A stretch of 24,000 bases of DNA. Source: an uncultured Methylotenera sp. Its GTDB lineage: Bacteria; Pseudomonadota; Gammaproteobacteria; Burkholderiales; Methylophilaceae. Within the stretch, counting starts at the first letter, position 1, and each line of letters starts with the position of its first letter. The DNA lies in contig CAZUOQ010000007.1 in NCBI GenBank assembly GCA_964622195.1, positions 19,895 to 43,894 of the forward strand, written 5' to 3'. The position numbers and the translations under genes were made by a program. Shown in pieces: positions 8,016 through 16,635 of this stretch. The notes beneath the pieces are model-generated. The model was not told the origin of the DNA and searched no databases. It was given only the letters and a program-made list of their open reading frames with translations.

Positions 8016-8891
8016 ATGAAAAATATCAATAATAAATTAAAGGGCAGTCTGATTGCGGCATTGGTTGTGGCCGCCGCTGTCATGCAGGGATGCGCCTCAA
8101 CTGGCAGCAAGCTATCCGCAGATGGTACTAACGACAAGATTGTGTTTCCCGACGCTAAAAGTGCGTGGCTGAAAGAAGCCGTGGATCCAAATATTGATAA
8201 TTTGCGCCGCGTAGCGCCTGGAATGACCAAGGATAATATTTACTCCCTGCTCGGGCGCCCTCATTTCAGTGAAGGCATCATAGGCGTTCGTGAATGGGAT
8301 TATGTATTTAATTTTCGTAAAACACCTGATAGTGCCGTGCAGACTTGCCAGTATAAAATCATTTATGCACCGGATATGCACTTGCGTAATACTTACTGGC
8401 AGCCTGAATCCTGCGCGGAGTTCCTGAAATTGGAACCGCTGCCAACCAAGACTGTAGTGGAGAGAGTGGTCGAGAAAACGGTATCGGTGCCAAGCCCTGA
8501 AGTGGTGCGCATCAGAGTTGCTGCAGATGGTATTTTTGAATTTGATAAATCAGACATTACTGAACTGCGACCAGGTGGCATTGAAAAACTGAACAAGGTA
8601 GCTGATCAGTTATTGTCAGGTGGAGAAATTACCCAGTTGCAGATTGTTGGACATACAGACCGATTAGGTGATGACGCTTATAATCAGCGGCTTTCTGAAG
8701 CACGTGCCAATGCAATTCGCCAGTACCTCATCAGAAAAAATATTGCGGCTGAATTGATTACTGCTAAAGGTGTAGGTCAATCACAGCCTTTGGTTGAATG
8801 CAGACAAACCAAGCGTGATGAAAACCTGATCCGTTGCCTTGAACCTAACCGTCGATTTGAAATTGAGGCATGGACCACTAACAAGAAGTAG
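8016..8891 (+). CDS. OmpA-family peptidoglycan-binding lipoprotein with an N-terminal BamE(SmpA/OmlA)-like domain (TpgA-like, adhesin-associated)
   Basis: Lipoprotein signal with lipobox (LIAALVVAAAVMQG|C). The SmpA/OmlA-like segment is VAPGMTKDNIYSLLGRPHF. The OmpA_C motifs are FEFDKSDI, IVGHTDRLGDDAYNQRLSEARANAIRQYL and NRRFEIE. It starts 45 nt after the adhesin stop, with no hairpin between them. Confidence 0.85.
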   Translation: MKNINNKLKGSLIAALVVAAAVMQGCASTGSKLSADGTNDKIVFPDAKSAWLKEAVDPNIDNLRRVAPGMTKDNIYSLLGRPHFSEGIIGVREWDYVFNFRKTPDSAVQTCQYKIIYAPDMHLRNTYWQPESCAEFLKLEPLPTKTVVERVVEKTVSVPSPEVVRIRVAADGIFEFDKSDITELRPGGIEKLNKVADQLLSGGEITQLQIVGHTDRLGDDAYNQRLSEARANAIRQYLIRKNIAAELITAKGVGQSQPLVECRQTKRDENLIRCLEPNRRFEIEAWTTNKK

Positions 8892-8896
8892 GTGGC

Positions 8897-8945
8897 ATTG
8901 CGTCATCTAAGTTTAGTTTTATGACGCAATCGCTAATTTAATTTC
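8897..8945 (+). terminator. Possible rho-independent terminator after the adhesin/OmpA-like pair
   Basis: A 10-bp inverted repeat, attgcgtcat (8897-8906) / atgacgcaat (8921-8930), has a 14-nt loop. It is followed by AT-rich cgctaatttaatttcc. The T-tract is weak. Confidence 0.35.
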
Positions 8946-9062
8946 CGAATCTAACTTTTCATAATTGCAAATACGTCTAATCCAAACCGAGTCTTTGTTA
9001 AGACTGAGGTCGCTAAAACTTAGTAATAAAGGTGTGTTAATTTATTCTTGAGAGGAATAATC

Positions 9063-9560
9063 ATGACTATAAAATCAAAATTTTTTTGTGCATTACTATT
9101 GCTAAGCGCAAGTACTGCACATGCTGCAGATGCTACTGGCAACCTAAGTGTTACAGCAACTGTTACTGGCGCATGTGTAGTGGCAACACTTCCTGTAGCG
9201 TTTGGCCTGTATGACCCTACTGCAGCGACAGATAATACAGCCGGAACCGGCACAGTAACCGTTACCTGTACGCTTGGCACCCCTTATACGGTTGCTCTTG
9301 ATGCCGGCGCTAATGAGAGTGTAGCAGGTGATTTTACTACGCGTCGTATGCTGGCTAACACAAGTGATTACCTTTCCTACCAGCTTTATAAGGAAGTTGG
9401 CCGTACTAGCGTGTGGGGAGATACGGGAACTGACAGAGTTACTGGTCAAAGTGGCCTTGGCCTCCCTCAAGCTATTACGGTTTATGGAACAATTCCTAAA
9501 AACCAAAACGTGGCAGCAGGGGCTTATCTTGATACGGTGCTCGTAACGGTTTCCTATTAG
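9063..9560 (+). CDS. Spore coat U (SCPU) domain pilin, Csu-type major subunit candidate
   Basis: I prefer the ATG at 9063 because it follows gagagga (an SD-like sequence); the ORF track starts at TTG 9048. The signal peptide is MTIKSKFFCALLLLSASTAHA. The mature part has the SCPU pattern: VTATVTGACVV, FGLYDP, TVTVTCT, the YxLY motif (LSYQLYK) and a C-terminal DTVLVTVSY. Confidence 0.85.
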   Translation: MTIKSKFFCALLLLSASTAHAADATGNLSVTATVTGACVVATLPVAFGLYDPTAATDNTAGTGTVTVTCTLGTPYTVALDAGANESVAGDFTTRRMLANTSDYLSYQLYKEVGRTSVWGDTGTDRVTGQSGLGLPQAITVYGTIPKNQNVAAGAYLDTVLVTVSY

Positions 9561-9584
9561 CAAGCAATTACCAGGTTATTTTAG

Positions 9585-10334
9585 GTGAATGTAATGTTAC
9601 GATTTCTTGCTTATACTGTATTTAGCCTGTTTTTGTGTGTTGCTAATGCTGCTGATCTCGCAGTATTGCCGGTAGGGCTGAGTCTTGGTGCCGTCAATAA
9701 TAAAGGCATGATTACAGTGAGTAATCGTGGGAAAGACAGCGTCATCATTCAGGCTGAAACTGTGTCCTGGATGCAGTCTGACGGTCAGAACCAATATGCG
9801 CCGACTCAGGAACTGCTCGTCAATCCACCCTTGTTTACAATTCCGGCGGGACGCTCGCAGGTGGTGCGTGTTGGCCTTCGGCAAGTACAGCCTCTCAAGC
9901 AGGAGATCGCTTACAGACTGTTGTTGCGTGAAGTGCCTAACGCTCCCTCTTTAAGTGAGCAAGTTGACGCAGCCAAGCAAGGGAATATTCGCGTGCTGCT
10001 GCAATTGAGCTTGCCGGTATATATTACGCCGGCAGTGCCGCGCAATCAGTCACAATGGCACGCGCGGTACGACACAAATGGCGCCGTTGCACTGCAACTC
10101 AACAACAATGGCAATGTGCATATACTCGTCAATGAACTCACACTCCGTAATGCAGATGCCGATCAAAATGCGGTGCCTCTTGCTGCTATCAAGGTGAATG
10201 ATGTGGTATTTCCAGGACAAGACCGCAGTTGGAAGATAACCCCTGAAACAAAGTTGCAGGGAAAACGTTTTGTCGTTGACGTGAAAACCGATAAAGGTCA
10301 CCAGAATGTTTCGCTCGACCTTGATCCAATGTAG
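9585..10334 (+). CDS. Periplasmic pilus chaperone (PapD-like / CsuC-type)
   Basis: It has a signal peptide (FLAYTVFSLFLCVANA). Chaperone hallmarks are ITVSNRGKDSVIIQAE, LVNPPLFTIPAGRSQVVRV and YRLLLREVP, in a two-domain protein of about 250 aa. It sits between an SCPU pilin and an usher. Confidence 0.88.
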   Translation: MNVMLRFLAYTVFSLFLCVANAADLAVLPVGLSLGAVNNKGMITVSNRGKDSVIIQAETVSWMQSDGQNQYAPTQELLVNPPLFTIPAGRSQVVRVGLRQVQPLKQEIAYRLLLREVPNAPSLSEQVDAAKQGNIRVLLQLSLPVYITPAVPRNQSQWHARYDTNGAVALQLNNNGNVHILVNELTLRNADADQNAVPLAAIKVNDVVFPGQDRSWKITPETKLQGKRFVVDVKTDKGHQNVSLDLDPM

Positions 10335-12981
10335 AAGAAAAAGCCCAGGTCTCTCAGTTAAAAAAGTTGTATTGGCGCTAGTGTTATTGGGGGTGATGAC
10401 CTCGACTGGCGACATTGACACTATAAGCAGATTGATCCATCGCAATGTTTCAACGGTGCAGAAACCTGTGATAGCCGACGTTAATATCACAGGTGCCCCC
10501 AATGCCGTTGAAGGCAGCCGAAATATGGCAGTTGCTAAGAGAGTGCCAATAGCTGCCGGTCTCAAAGATAAATCCGATAGCATTAATAGCAGTACAGTAA
10601 ATAGCCCCGTAATTGCTGCTGGCAACCAGGCTGATGGCATGAGCGCATCAGCGAACACGACAGGCTATGACCAATCCAGTAACCTCAAAATAAATAACCA
10701 AGCCGAGAGCAGTCATCATGCGAAAGTTGTCGAACCGAACCATACAAACGTGACCGGGGACTCTTTGCTGCTTGCGGTAAATATCAATGGGGTTGAAGTT
10801 GATGGTGTATTTACATTATTAAAAAAGAGTAATGGTGACCTCATGGTTGCCGAAAAAGACTTACTCGGTTGGCGCATAAATACATCAAGCTACAACAAAT
10901 CCTTGATTGAAGGTAAGCCCTATGTCCGAATTGATGACTTGTCTGGCGTCAAATACTATGTTGATGCAGGTACACAGACCCTGATGCTTCTGTTGCCCGC
11001 ATCTGCATTCATGGCAAATGAATTTGATGGTGATGTAAAAAGCCCTCTGGATCTTTATACAACGCAAGCAGGTGGTTTTTTAAATTATGATTTGAACTGG
11101 CAACGTATTCATCACCAGGAAACAGCCGGGGGTCTGTTTGAGATCGGCGCCTTTAATTCGAGTGGTAACGGCACAAATACTGCTATCTGGCGCAGTGGTG
11201 ACGCACAGCGTGGAATGGTGAGATTAGATACCACCTGGAACATAGATATGCCCGGCAAGATGCAGAGCCTGCGCTTTGGCGATGCGATCAGCCGTGGAAG
11301 TAGCTGGGGTCGTTCAGTTCGTTTCGGTGGTGTCCAATGGGGAACTAATTTTGCTACCAGGCCAGATTTCACTACATTCCCTATGCCCACATTACGCGGG
11401 GAGGCAGTGCTGCCATCTACAATTGACCTTTATGTAAATAATACTCGCCGTTTGCAAAGCAATGTGGAATCAGGACCGTTTGATCTTGCCAATGTTCCGG
11501 TAGTGACTGGTCAGGGTGAGCTGCAGCTGGTAGTGCGTGACTTGCTGGGTCGGCAGCAGATTATTACCCAGCCTTATTATGCAAGTCAGAGTTTGCTTCG
11601 CCCAGGCCTACATGATTTTTCGATTGAAGCTGGCGCAATACGAAATAACTACGGGATTGATAGTGCCAACTATGGAAATTTGATGTTAGGCGCAACCGAC
11701 AGATTGGGGCTTAGTCCTACATTCACGAGAGAACTTCGTGCAGAAGTATTAAGTGATCAACAGACTCTTGGTGCCAACGGTGTATGGTTGATGCCTCAGG
11801 TAGGAACATCCTATTTGGGTACACTCAATTTTGGCGCTGCAGTAAGTAATCACTCCGGAAAAGACGGACATTTTGTTGCGCTGGGTACAGAGAGGCAAAC
11901 TCGAAAAATCAGTTACAGCCTGCAGTCGCGGTATGCAGATCGAGATTTCGCCCAGATCGGGCAGCTGGCAAATTCCACTCCCCGCAACACGTTTACAGCC
12001 AGCGTCGGCCTTCCGTGGGCAGGTAACAGCCTTGGCCTCAATTATTTAAGCCAGTCTACCTGGGAGGGGGCTAAAAATCGCATGTTATCTTTAAACCTTA
12101 GTCGTGGACTAGGCAGCTTTGGCAACCTCAGCTTGAGTGCGTTGCGTAACTTTACCAACGAGCCGCACAATAGCGTCAGCCTCATACTCACTATCCCTTT
12201 GGATAGCCGTACCAGTATGAGTTTTGATGCCATTCGACAAGGTGATCTGGCAAGAAATGCCGTACTGGTACAGCGCAATCCGCCGCCGGGTAGTGGCCTC
12301 GGTTATCGAGTGCGTGCGTCAGACAATGATGAATACCTGGCTAGCGCTACAGTAAACACCAATTTTGCAAGTTTTAATGCCGAAACTGCTCAGGCAAATA
12401 GCCAAGAGGGCTATCGTGTCGGTGCCAGTGGTGGCATAGCCGTTGCCGGCGGCGGTATGTTCCTGAGCCGACGTATTGATGACAGCTTTGCCGTTGTCCG
12501 GGTTGATGATTATGCCAATGTACGTGTTTATCGTGAAAACCAGGAAGTCACCCGTACCGATCAATATGGACGCGCATTGATTCCGCATCTGCGTGGCTAT
12601 CAGAAGAATCTGGTCAGTATCGCACAGGAAGATTTGCCATTGGATGCTGAAGTGGATAAACTTGAACTGAGATTGACCCCGGCGCTACGTAGCGCGGTGG
12701 TTCTGGATTTTCCCGTGCGCCGCAGTAGAAGTGCAAGCTTCAGGTTGGTGGATGAAGACGGCAAAACTCCGGCACCAGGCACAATGGTGCAACTGGAGGC
12801 AGATAAACGTGAGTTCCCAGTCGGATATGACGGACGTGTTTTTATCAGCGGCCTTAATATAAATAACCGCTTGTTCAGTGTATGGTCCGGCCGTCGCTGC
12901 GGCCTGGAAATCATCCTTAGTGATACGAAAGAACTCCTGCCAGACCTTGGCACTTTAATCTGCAAAGGCGTGCCCCAATGA
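10306..12981 (+). CDS. Outer-membrane fimbrial usher (CsuD-type) with a long low-complexity N-terminal extension
   Basis: 891-aa ORF overlapping the chaperone by 29 nt. Usher-like blocks begin around LLLAVNINGVEVDGVFTLLKKSNGDLMVAEKDLLGWRI and continue with RLDTTWNIDMPGKMQSLRFGD, FGGVQWGTNF, STIDLYVNN and VVTGQGELQLVVRDLLGRQQ. The start codon is uncertain; the ATG at 10306 gives a basic n-region followed by VVLALVLLGVM. Confidence 0.88.
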   Translation: MFRSTLIQCRRKSPGLSVKKVVLALVLLGVMTSTGDIDTISRLIHRNVSTVQKPVIADVNITGAPNAVEGSRNMAVAKRVPIAAGLKDKSDSINSSTVNSPVIAAGNQADGMSASANTTGYDQSSNLKINNQAESSHHAKVVEPNHTNVTGDSLLLAVNINGVEVDGVFTLLKKSNGDLMVAEKDLLGWRINTSSYNKSLIEGKPYVRIDDLSGVKYYVDAGTQTLMLLLPASAFMANEFDGDVKSPLDLYTTQAGGFLNYDLNWQRIHHQETAGGLFEIGAFNSSGNGTNTAIWRSGDAQRGMVRLDTTWNIDMPGKMQSLRFGDAISRGSSWGRSVRFGGVQWGTNFATRPDFTTFPMPTLRGEAVLPSTIDLYVNNTRRLQSNVESGPFDLANVPVVTGQGELQLVVRDLLGRQQIITQPYYASQSLLRPGLHDFSIEAGAIRNNYGIDSANYGNLMLGATDRLGLSPTFTRELRAEVLSDQQTLGANGVWLMPQVGTSYLGTLNFGAAVSNHSGKDGHFVALGTERQTRKISYSLQSRYADRDFAQIGQLANSTPRNTFTASVGLPWAGNSLGLNYLSQSTWEGAKNRMLSLNLSRGLGSFGNLSLSALRNFTNEPHNSVSLILTIPLDSRTSMSFDAIRQGDLARNAVLVQRNPPPGSGLGYRVRASDNDEYLASATVNTNFASFNAETAQANSQEGYRVGASGGIAVAGGGMFLSRRIDDSFAVVRVDDYANVRVYRENQEVTRTDQYGRALIPHLRGYQKNLVSIAQEDLPLDAEVDKLELRLTPALRSAVVLDFPVRRSRSASFRLVDEDGKTPAPGTMVQLEADKREFPVGYDGRVFISGLNINNRLFSVWSGRRCGLEIILSDTKELLPDLGTLICKGVPQ

Positions 12982-13472
12982 AAAAAATTTTAGTTTCAGC
13001 ATTGGCAATGCTTGCACTGTGCTTGTCACAATCAGCATTTGCGGTTTGTACACTATTGTGTTCGTGTTCAGTAAGCACCAGCCCGGTATCCTTTGGTGTA
13101 TATAACCCGCTTTCATCATCTCCGCTCGACTCTGCCGGTAATGTTCGCGTAACATGTGGCGGGGTTCTAGGCCTGCTGGTCCCCTATAACATTGCCATTA
13201 ATAAGGGAAGTTTCAGCACGAACTTCAGTCCTCGCCAGATGGCCAGCGCCGGCAATAAACTGAATTATGACCTCTATACATCAAGCGCACACGCCGTCAT
13301 TTGGGGCGATGGCAGCGGAAGCACACAGTATGTTTCCGGCGCTATAACTATCGTGTTGTTAGGTGGCACTTCTAATGACCATGCTGTTTATGGACGTATA
13401 CCCGGTAGCCAGTTCACAGTTGTGCCCGGCAGCTATGGCGATACAGTTACGGTAACCGTGACCTACAACTAG
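12978..13472 (+). CDS. Spore coat U (SCPU) domain protein, second pilin or tip subunit of the Csu-type operon
   Basis: ATGA start/stop overlap with the usher (12978-12981). The signal peptide is MKKILVSALAMLALCLSQSAFA. The SCPU pattern includes SPVSFGVYNP, VRVTCGG, LNYDLYT and DTVTVTVTYN. Confidence 0.82.
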   Translation: MKKILVSALAMLALCLSQSAFAVCTLLCSCSVSTSPVSFGVYNPLSSSPLDSAGNVRVTCGGVLGLLVPYNIAINKGSFSTNFSPRQMASAGNKLNYDLYTSSAHAVIWGDGSGSTQYVSGAITIVLLGGTSNDHAVYGRIPGSQFTVVPGSYGDTVTVTVTYN

Positions 13473-13937
13473 ACCTGTCAATATCTGGAATCAGAACTCA
13501 TCCCTGGCTTGGATGCAGCTCAATTACTTGTAATGAATGGATTAGAAACATGATTGGGCAATCATGCGTTTTAATATTTCAACATTGATCACGCATTAAG
13601 CTGAATTTTGCAGAGCCATTTTCCTTTGATGTTTACTAAAAATTAAATAACCATTTGAATTTAATAGTATTTCAGAAGAATATGAATTTCCAGTCACGTT
13701 TAAATACCTGTGTCATACAGCCACGCTGACTATTTGTAAGACTAATCCTACAAAAACATCAGTCTTTATCTGATGTTGTCAATTTAACTATCAATACATA
13801 ATTCAGGCATCGTCTTTGATTCTAGCTCAGAGGTGTAAATTGATACGCACCTGTCTATATAAGGGTGGTCTTTGCAAGGATTGGATCATAAAGCATGAGT
13901 TTTTTTATAAAAACCAAATCGATAGGATGGCCTCAGC

Positions 13938-14324
13938 ATGTATAAGCTACAGAGTTCACTTGAAGCTGTGATTAAGGCAATCCCAGAATGTTTAGCTGTG
14001 GGCTGCATTAATATTTCCAATGGAGAACTGCTTGGTATCAAAACAGAAAAATCACAATTACCTACAGTGAACGCTTCACTGATTAAAACTTTGGCTGATT
14101 TGTTCAACGACTCAAATGCCTCGTTGGTCAAGGATATATTCGGTGCTTTAAGTTATGAAGGTAGTTTTTTTAAAAAACTCGTCATAAATTTCAATAATTT
14201 ATTTTATATTTTCATGAGCGTAAGAGAAGAGGAAGCAGTTAGCTTTTTTATTTGTCCGCTCTCAGTAGATCTCGATGCTGTTTTATTAAAAGCAACCAAT
14301 AGCATGGTTTTGATAAAAAAATAA
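13938..14324 (+). CDS. Hypothetical protein (128 aa), possible Roadblock/LC7 (MglB-like) fold
   Basis: This is the only sizeable ORF in an AT-rich gap, with AGGA about 10 nt upstream of the ATG. The pattern LEAVIKAIPECLAVGCINISNGELLGIK ... LVINFNNLFYIFMSV ... DLDAVLLKATN resembles the Roadblock/LC7 alpha-beta-alpha layout. That is pattern recognition only. Confidence 0.4.
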   Translation: MYKLQSSLEAVIKAIPECLAVGCINISNGELLGIKTEKSQLPTVNASLIKTLADLFNDSNASLVKDIFGALSYEGSFFKKLVINFNNLFYIFMSVREEEAVSFFICPLSVDLDAVLLKATNSMVLIKK

Positions 14325-14392
14325 ATTTAGCTGAATTGAATGGCTGCAATTTAACTGAACATTAACCGGATTTTGCAACCTCAAATGAACAT

Positions 14393-16018
14393 TCATTTTT
14401 CACCAGTACTTTTAAAATCCCGATTCTGGAACAGTACGTTTCTGCGCGTTTCACAGGTTTTAGAGTCCATCTCAAAGCCTACCAGCAGCATGCAGAACAA
14501 ATCATCGTGACTTAAGGGGTAGTCGCGATAAGGTTTGAGTTGATCTAATTTATAATCGAAACGTTCTCCCATCCATACGATAGCCGGAATGTGCGTCTGC
14601 TCTTCAGGTGCGACAATATAAGGGGCTGCATGCAGATAAATACCATGCTCCCCGAGTGATTCTCCATGATCGCTCACATAAAGCATCGCGGTTTCATATT
14701 GGCCGTCATATTTCTTCAGAAACTCGATAACTTGCGACAGGAAATGGTCAGTGTAGAGTATGGCATTGTCATAGGCGTTATCGATCTCCTCCTTGCTGCA
14801 GTTTTTGAGGTCACTGCTCTTGCAGGTGGGTGTGAACCTCTCAAATTCTTTTGGATATCGCCTATAGTATTCAGGCCCATGGTTACCCATCTGGTGCAGA
14901 ACGATCAGAATATCCTTACTGCCTTTGGAGGCAATGAATTTTTCCAGGCCACTCAGCATGCCGATATCCCGGCACTCTTCATCACAAGACGGATTAAGCG
15001 TAGGGCTTCTGAAATCTTCATACTGCATCCTGACCGCTACACCTTTTGAATCCGAGTTATTGTCACGCCAGAGAATCTGTACACCGTTTTCATAAAGTAC
15101 ATCCAGTGCGTTTTCGATATGCAGCGCTTCTTCGCGGTCAAAATGTTTTCGCTTCATTGCGGAGAACATGCAGGGCACAGACTCGCCCGTGGAGGTTCCG
15201 CAAGACGATACATTGCTCAGGCTCACTATATTTTGTTTACTAAGTTCAGGGTTTGTTTCCTTGTTATAACCATTCAAGGAGAAGCGGTCTGCCCTCGCCG
15301 TTTCTCCGACGACAAGAATAATAAGCTCATTTTTGAATTTGTTCCCAATTTCTACTGTGTCTGTGGCGGTTTGTTTCAATGTCACCACTTTGTTAGATTT
15401 GAATTTCTGGGCGACATACACAATGCCGGAATAAGTAAAAAAGGTCGGGTTGGCAAACATCCGTGTCATCTTGTGTTCTCTGATGAATGATGCATAGCCA
15501 GCCGTGAACGGTGCCACAACGGCAAACAGGGCGACGATTAGTAATAATAGCAATAAGCATCGTGATTTCAGTTCAGCTTTGAAACTTTGAATGGCCGGCA
15601 TGTAACGCAGCGCCAGCCATGCTGGAATCAGGCCCAGCAGGCATGTTCTAATCACAAGGTTCATGTTCAGCAACCCGGCAGCCTCTTGCGGGTTGGTCTG
15701 AACAATATTGTCGATCATGACAGTATCGATCACGACGCCATACTGATCCATGTAGTAGGCCGCCTGAGAAGACGCAAGCAGGAAAAAGGCAATCACCCAG
15801 CGCGTTGCTCTGCCGTAGCTGATCAGCAAAAGAAACAGCATGGTCGCCAAGGTGAAGAACATGGTCAGCGACAGTAAAAACGGCAAGTTGCCCAGGCTCA
15901 GTGGATAAATCTCCAAGAGTCTTTTAAACAGGGAAAGGTTACCTGTCAGCATGATAAACAGTGCCGCCAGAATGATGCTGCGATTTTGCGGGGTGATAAT
16001 GGTCTTCATATCTTTCAT
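14393..16018 (-). CDS. eptA: Phosphoethanolamine--lipid A transferase (EptA/PmrC/MCR family)
   Basis: 541 aa. The N-terminal part has about five hydrophobic helices. The periplasmic sulfatase-fold domain carries family motifs: GETARADRFSLNGY, SCGTSTGESVPCMFS (nucleophile Thr context), HQMGNHGPEYYRRYP, YDNAILYTDHFL and YVSDHGESLGEHGIYLH. Confidence 0.92.
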   Translation of the reverse strand: MKDMKTIITPQNRSIILAALFIMLTGNLSLFKRLLEIYPLSLGNLPFLLSLTMFFTLATMLFLLLISYGRATRWVIAFFLLASSQAAYYMDQYGVVIDTVMIDNIVQTNPQEAAGLLNMNLVIRTCLLGLIPAWLALRYMPAIQSFKAELKSRCLLLLLLIVALFAVVAPFTAGYASFIREHKMTRMFANPTFFTYSGIVYVAQKFKSNKVVTLKQTATDTVEIGNKFKNELIILVVGETARADRFSLNGYNKETNPELSKQNIVSLSNVSSCGTSTGESVPCMFSAMKRKHFDREEALHIENALDVLYENGVQILWRDNNSDSKGVAVRMQYEDFRSPTLNPSCDEECRDIGMLSGLEKFIASKGSKDILIVLHQMGNHGPEYYRRYPKEFERFTPTCKSSDLKNCSKEEIDNAYDNAILYTDHFLSQVIEFLKKYDGQYETAMLYVSDHGESLGEHGIYLHAAPYIVAPEEQTHIPAIVWMGERFDYKLDQLKPYRDYPLSHDDLFCMLLVGFEMDSKTCETRRNVLFQNRDFKSTGEK

Positions 16019-16113
16019 TTATTTTAAGTTCTGTTCTGCTTGGATTCTGCCGAGATTGTTTATAAAAACAGAGGTGGATGCAGTTTTTTTCTAACTTATT
16101 GATTTGTAATGGG

Positions 16114-16158
16114 ATCATCATTTCATCAGGCTCGCGATTAGCCTGGTGAAATGATGAT
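16114..16158 (-). promoter_or_regulatory. Strong intergenic stem-loop between the DUF2141 gene and eptA
   Basis: atcatcatttcatcaggct (16114-16132) and agcctggtgaaatgatgat (16140-16158) form 19-bp arms with one mismatch and a 7-nt loop. No U-tract follows on the transcribed (minus) strand. Confidence 0.5.
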
Positions 16159-16203
16159 TTCCTGAAGTCTAGCCATTTATGCAATGGCAGGTGTGGTAGA
16201 ACG

Positions 16204-16629
16204 TTATTTGTAATGGATGGGAATGCTTAGTTCTTTGTCTGTCAGCACTTCAAATGCGCTGTCCTTAAAAGCTGGCGGGCCAAATACCTCAGGGTCATTT
16301 GATAACGCATAACCTTCTGTGGGAATCATGCCGAAGCGCTTATTAAGCACGCCGTTTTCATCTTCATCATGGAAGGCTAAAACTGCATAAATCCCAGGCT
16401 TGATTCCTGAAAATTTAACGGTCACGGTGTCTTCTTTAGCCGCAACCTTGATAATATTTTGCGCTAAAGCACTTTTCCTGAAAGTTTTAGCTTCTGAATA
16501 CAGTTCTACCTGAATCTGCCCCTGGCTGCTTTTTATGCCATGAAGGTGTACCGTGAGATTGTATTCCTCGGCAACAGCCGAGCTGCATGAAATTATCCAG
16601 GCTAAAAAACCAAGTGCTATTATTTTCAT
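16204..16629 (-). CDS. DUF2141 domain-containing exported protein
   Basis: It has a signal peptide (MKIIALGFLAWIISCSSAVA). The characteristic DUF2141 core is GQIQVELYSEAKTF ... GIYAVLAFHDEDENGVLNKRFGMIPTEGYALSND ... GPPAFKDSAF. Confidence 0.8.
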   Translation of the reverse strand: MKIIALGFLAWIISCSSAVAEEYNLTVHLHGIKSSQGQIQVELYSEAKTFRKSALAQNIIKVAAKEDTVTVKFSGIKPGIYAVLAFHDEDENGVLNKRFGMIPTEGYALSNDPEVFGPPAFKDSAFEVLTDKELSIPIHYK

Positions 16630-16635
16630 TAAAAA

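Noticed and set aside
10050-10658. 202-aa minus-strand ORF spanning the chaperone/usher junction
   Set aside because: It is antisense to two well-supported, translationally coupled pilus genes. It has no recognisable domains and no plausible promoter or RBS. It is most likely a shadow ORF.
13823-13836. tRNA-like D-loop string tagctcagaggtg
   Set aside because: No complementary D-stem, anticodon arm, T-arm (GTTCRA) or acceptor stem can be drawn around it. It is not a tRNA or a convincing tRNA fragment.
14666-15877. Plus-strand ORFs inside eptA (14666-15049, 15119-15490, 15587-15877 and others)
   Set aside because: They are antisense to a motif-rich, full-length EptA reading frame, and their translations have no recognisable features.
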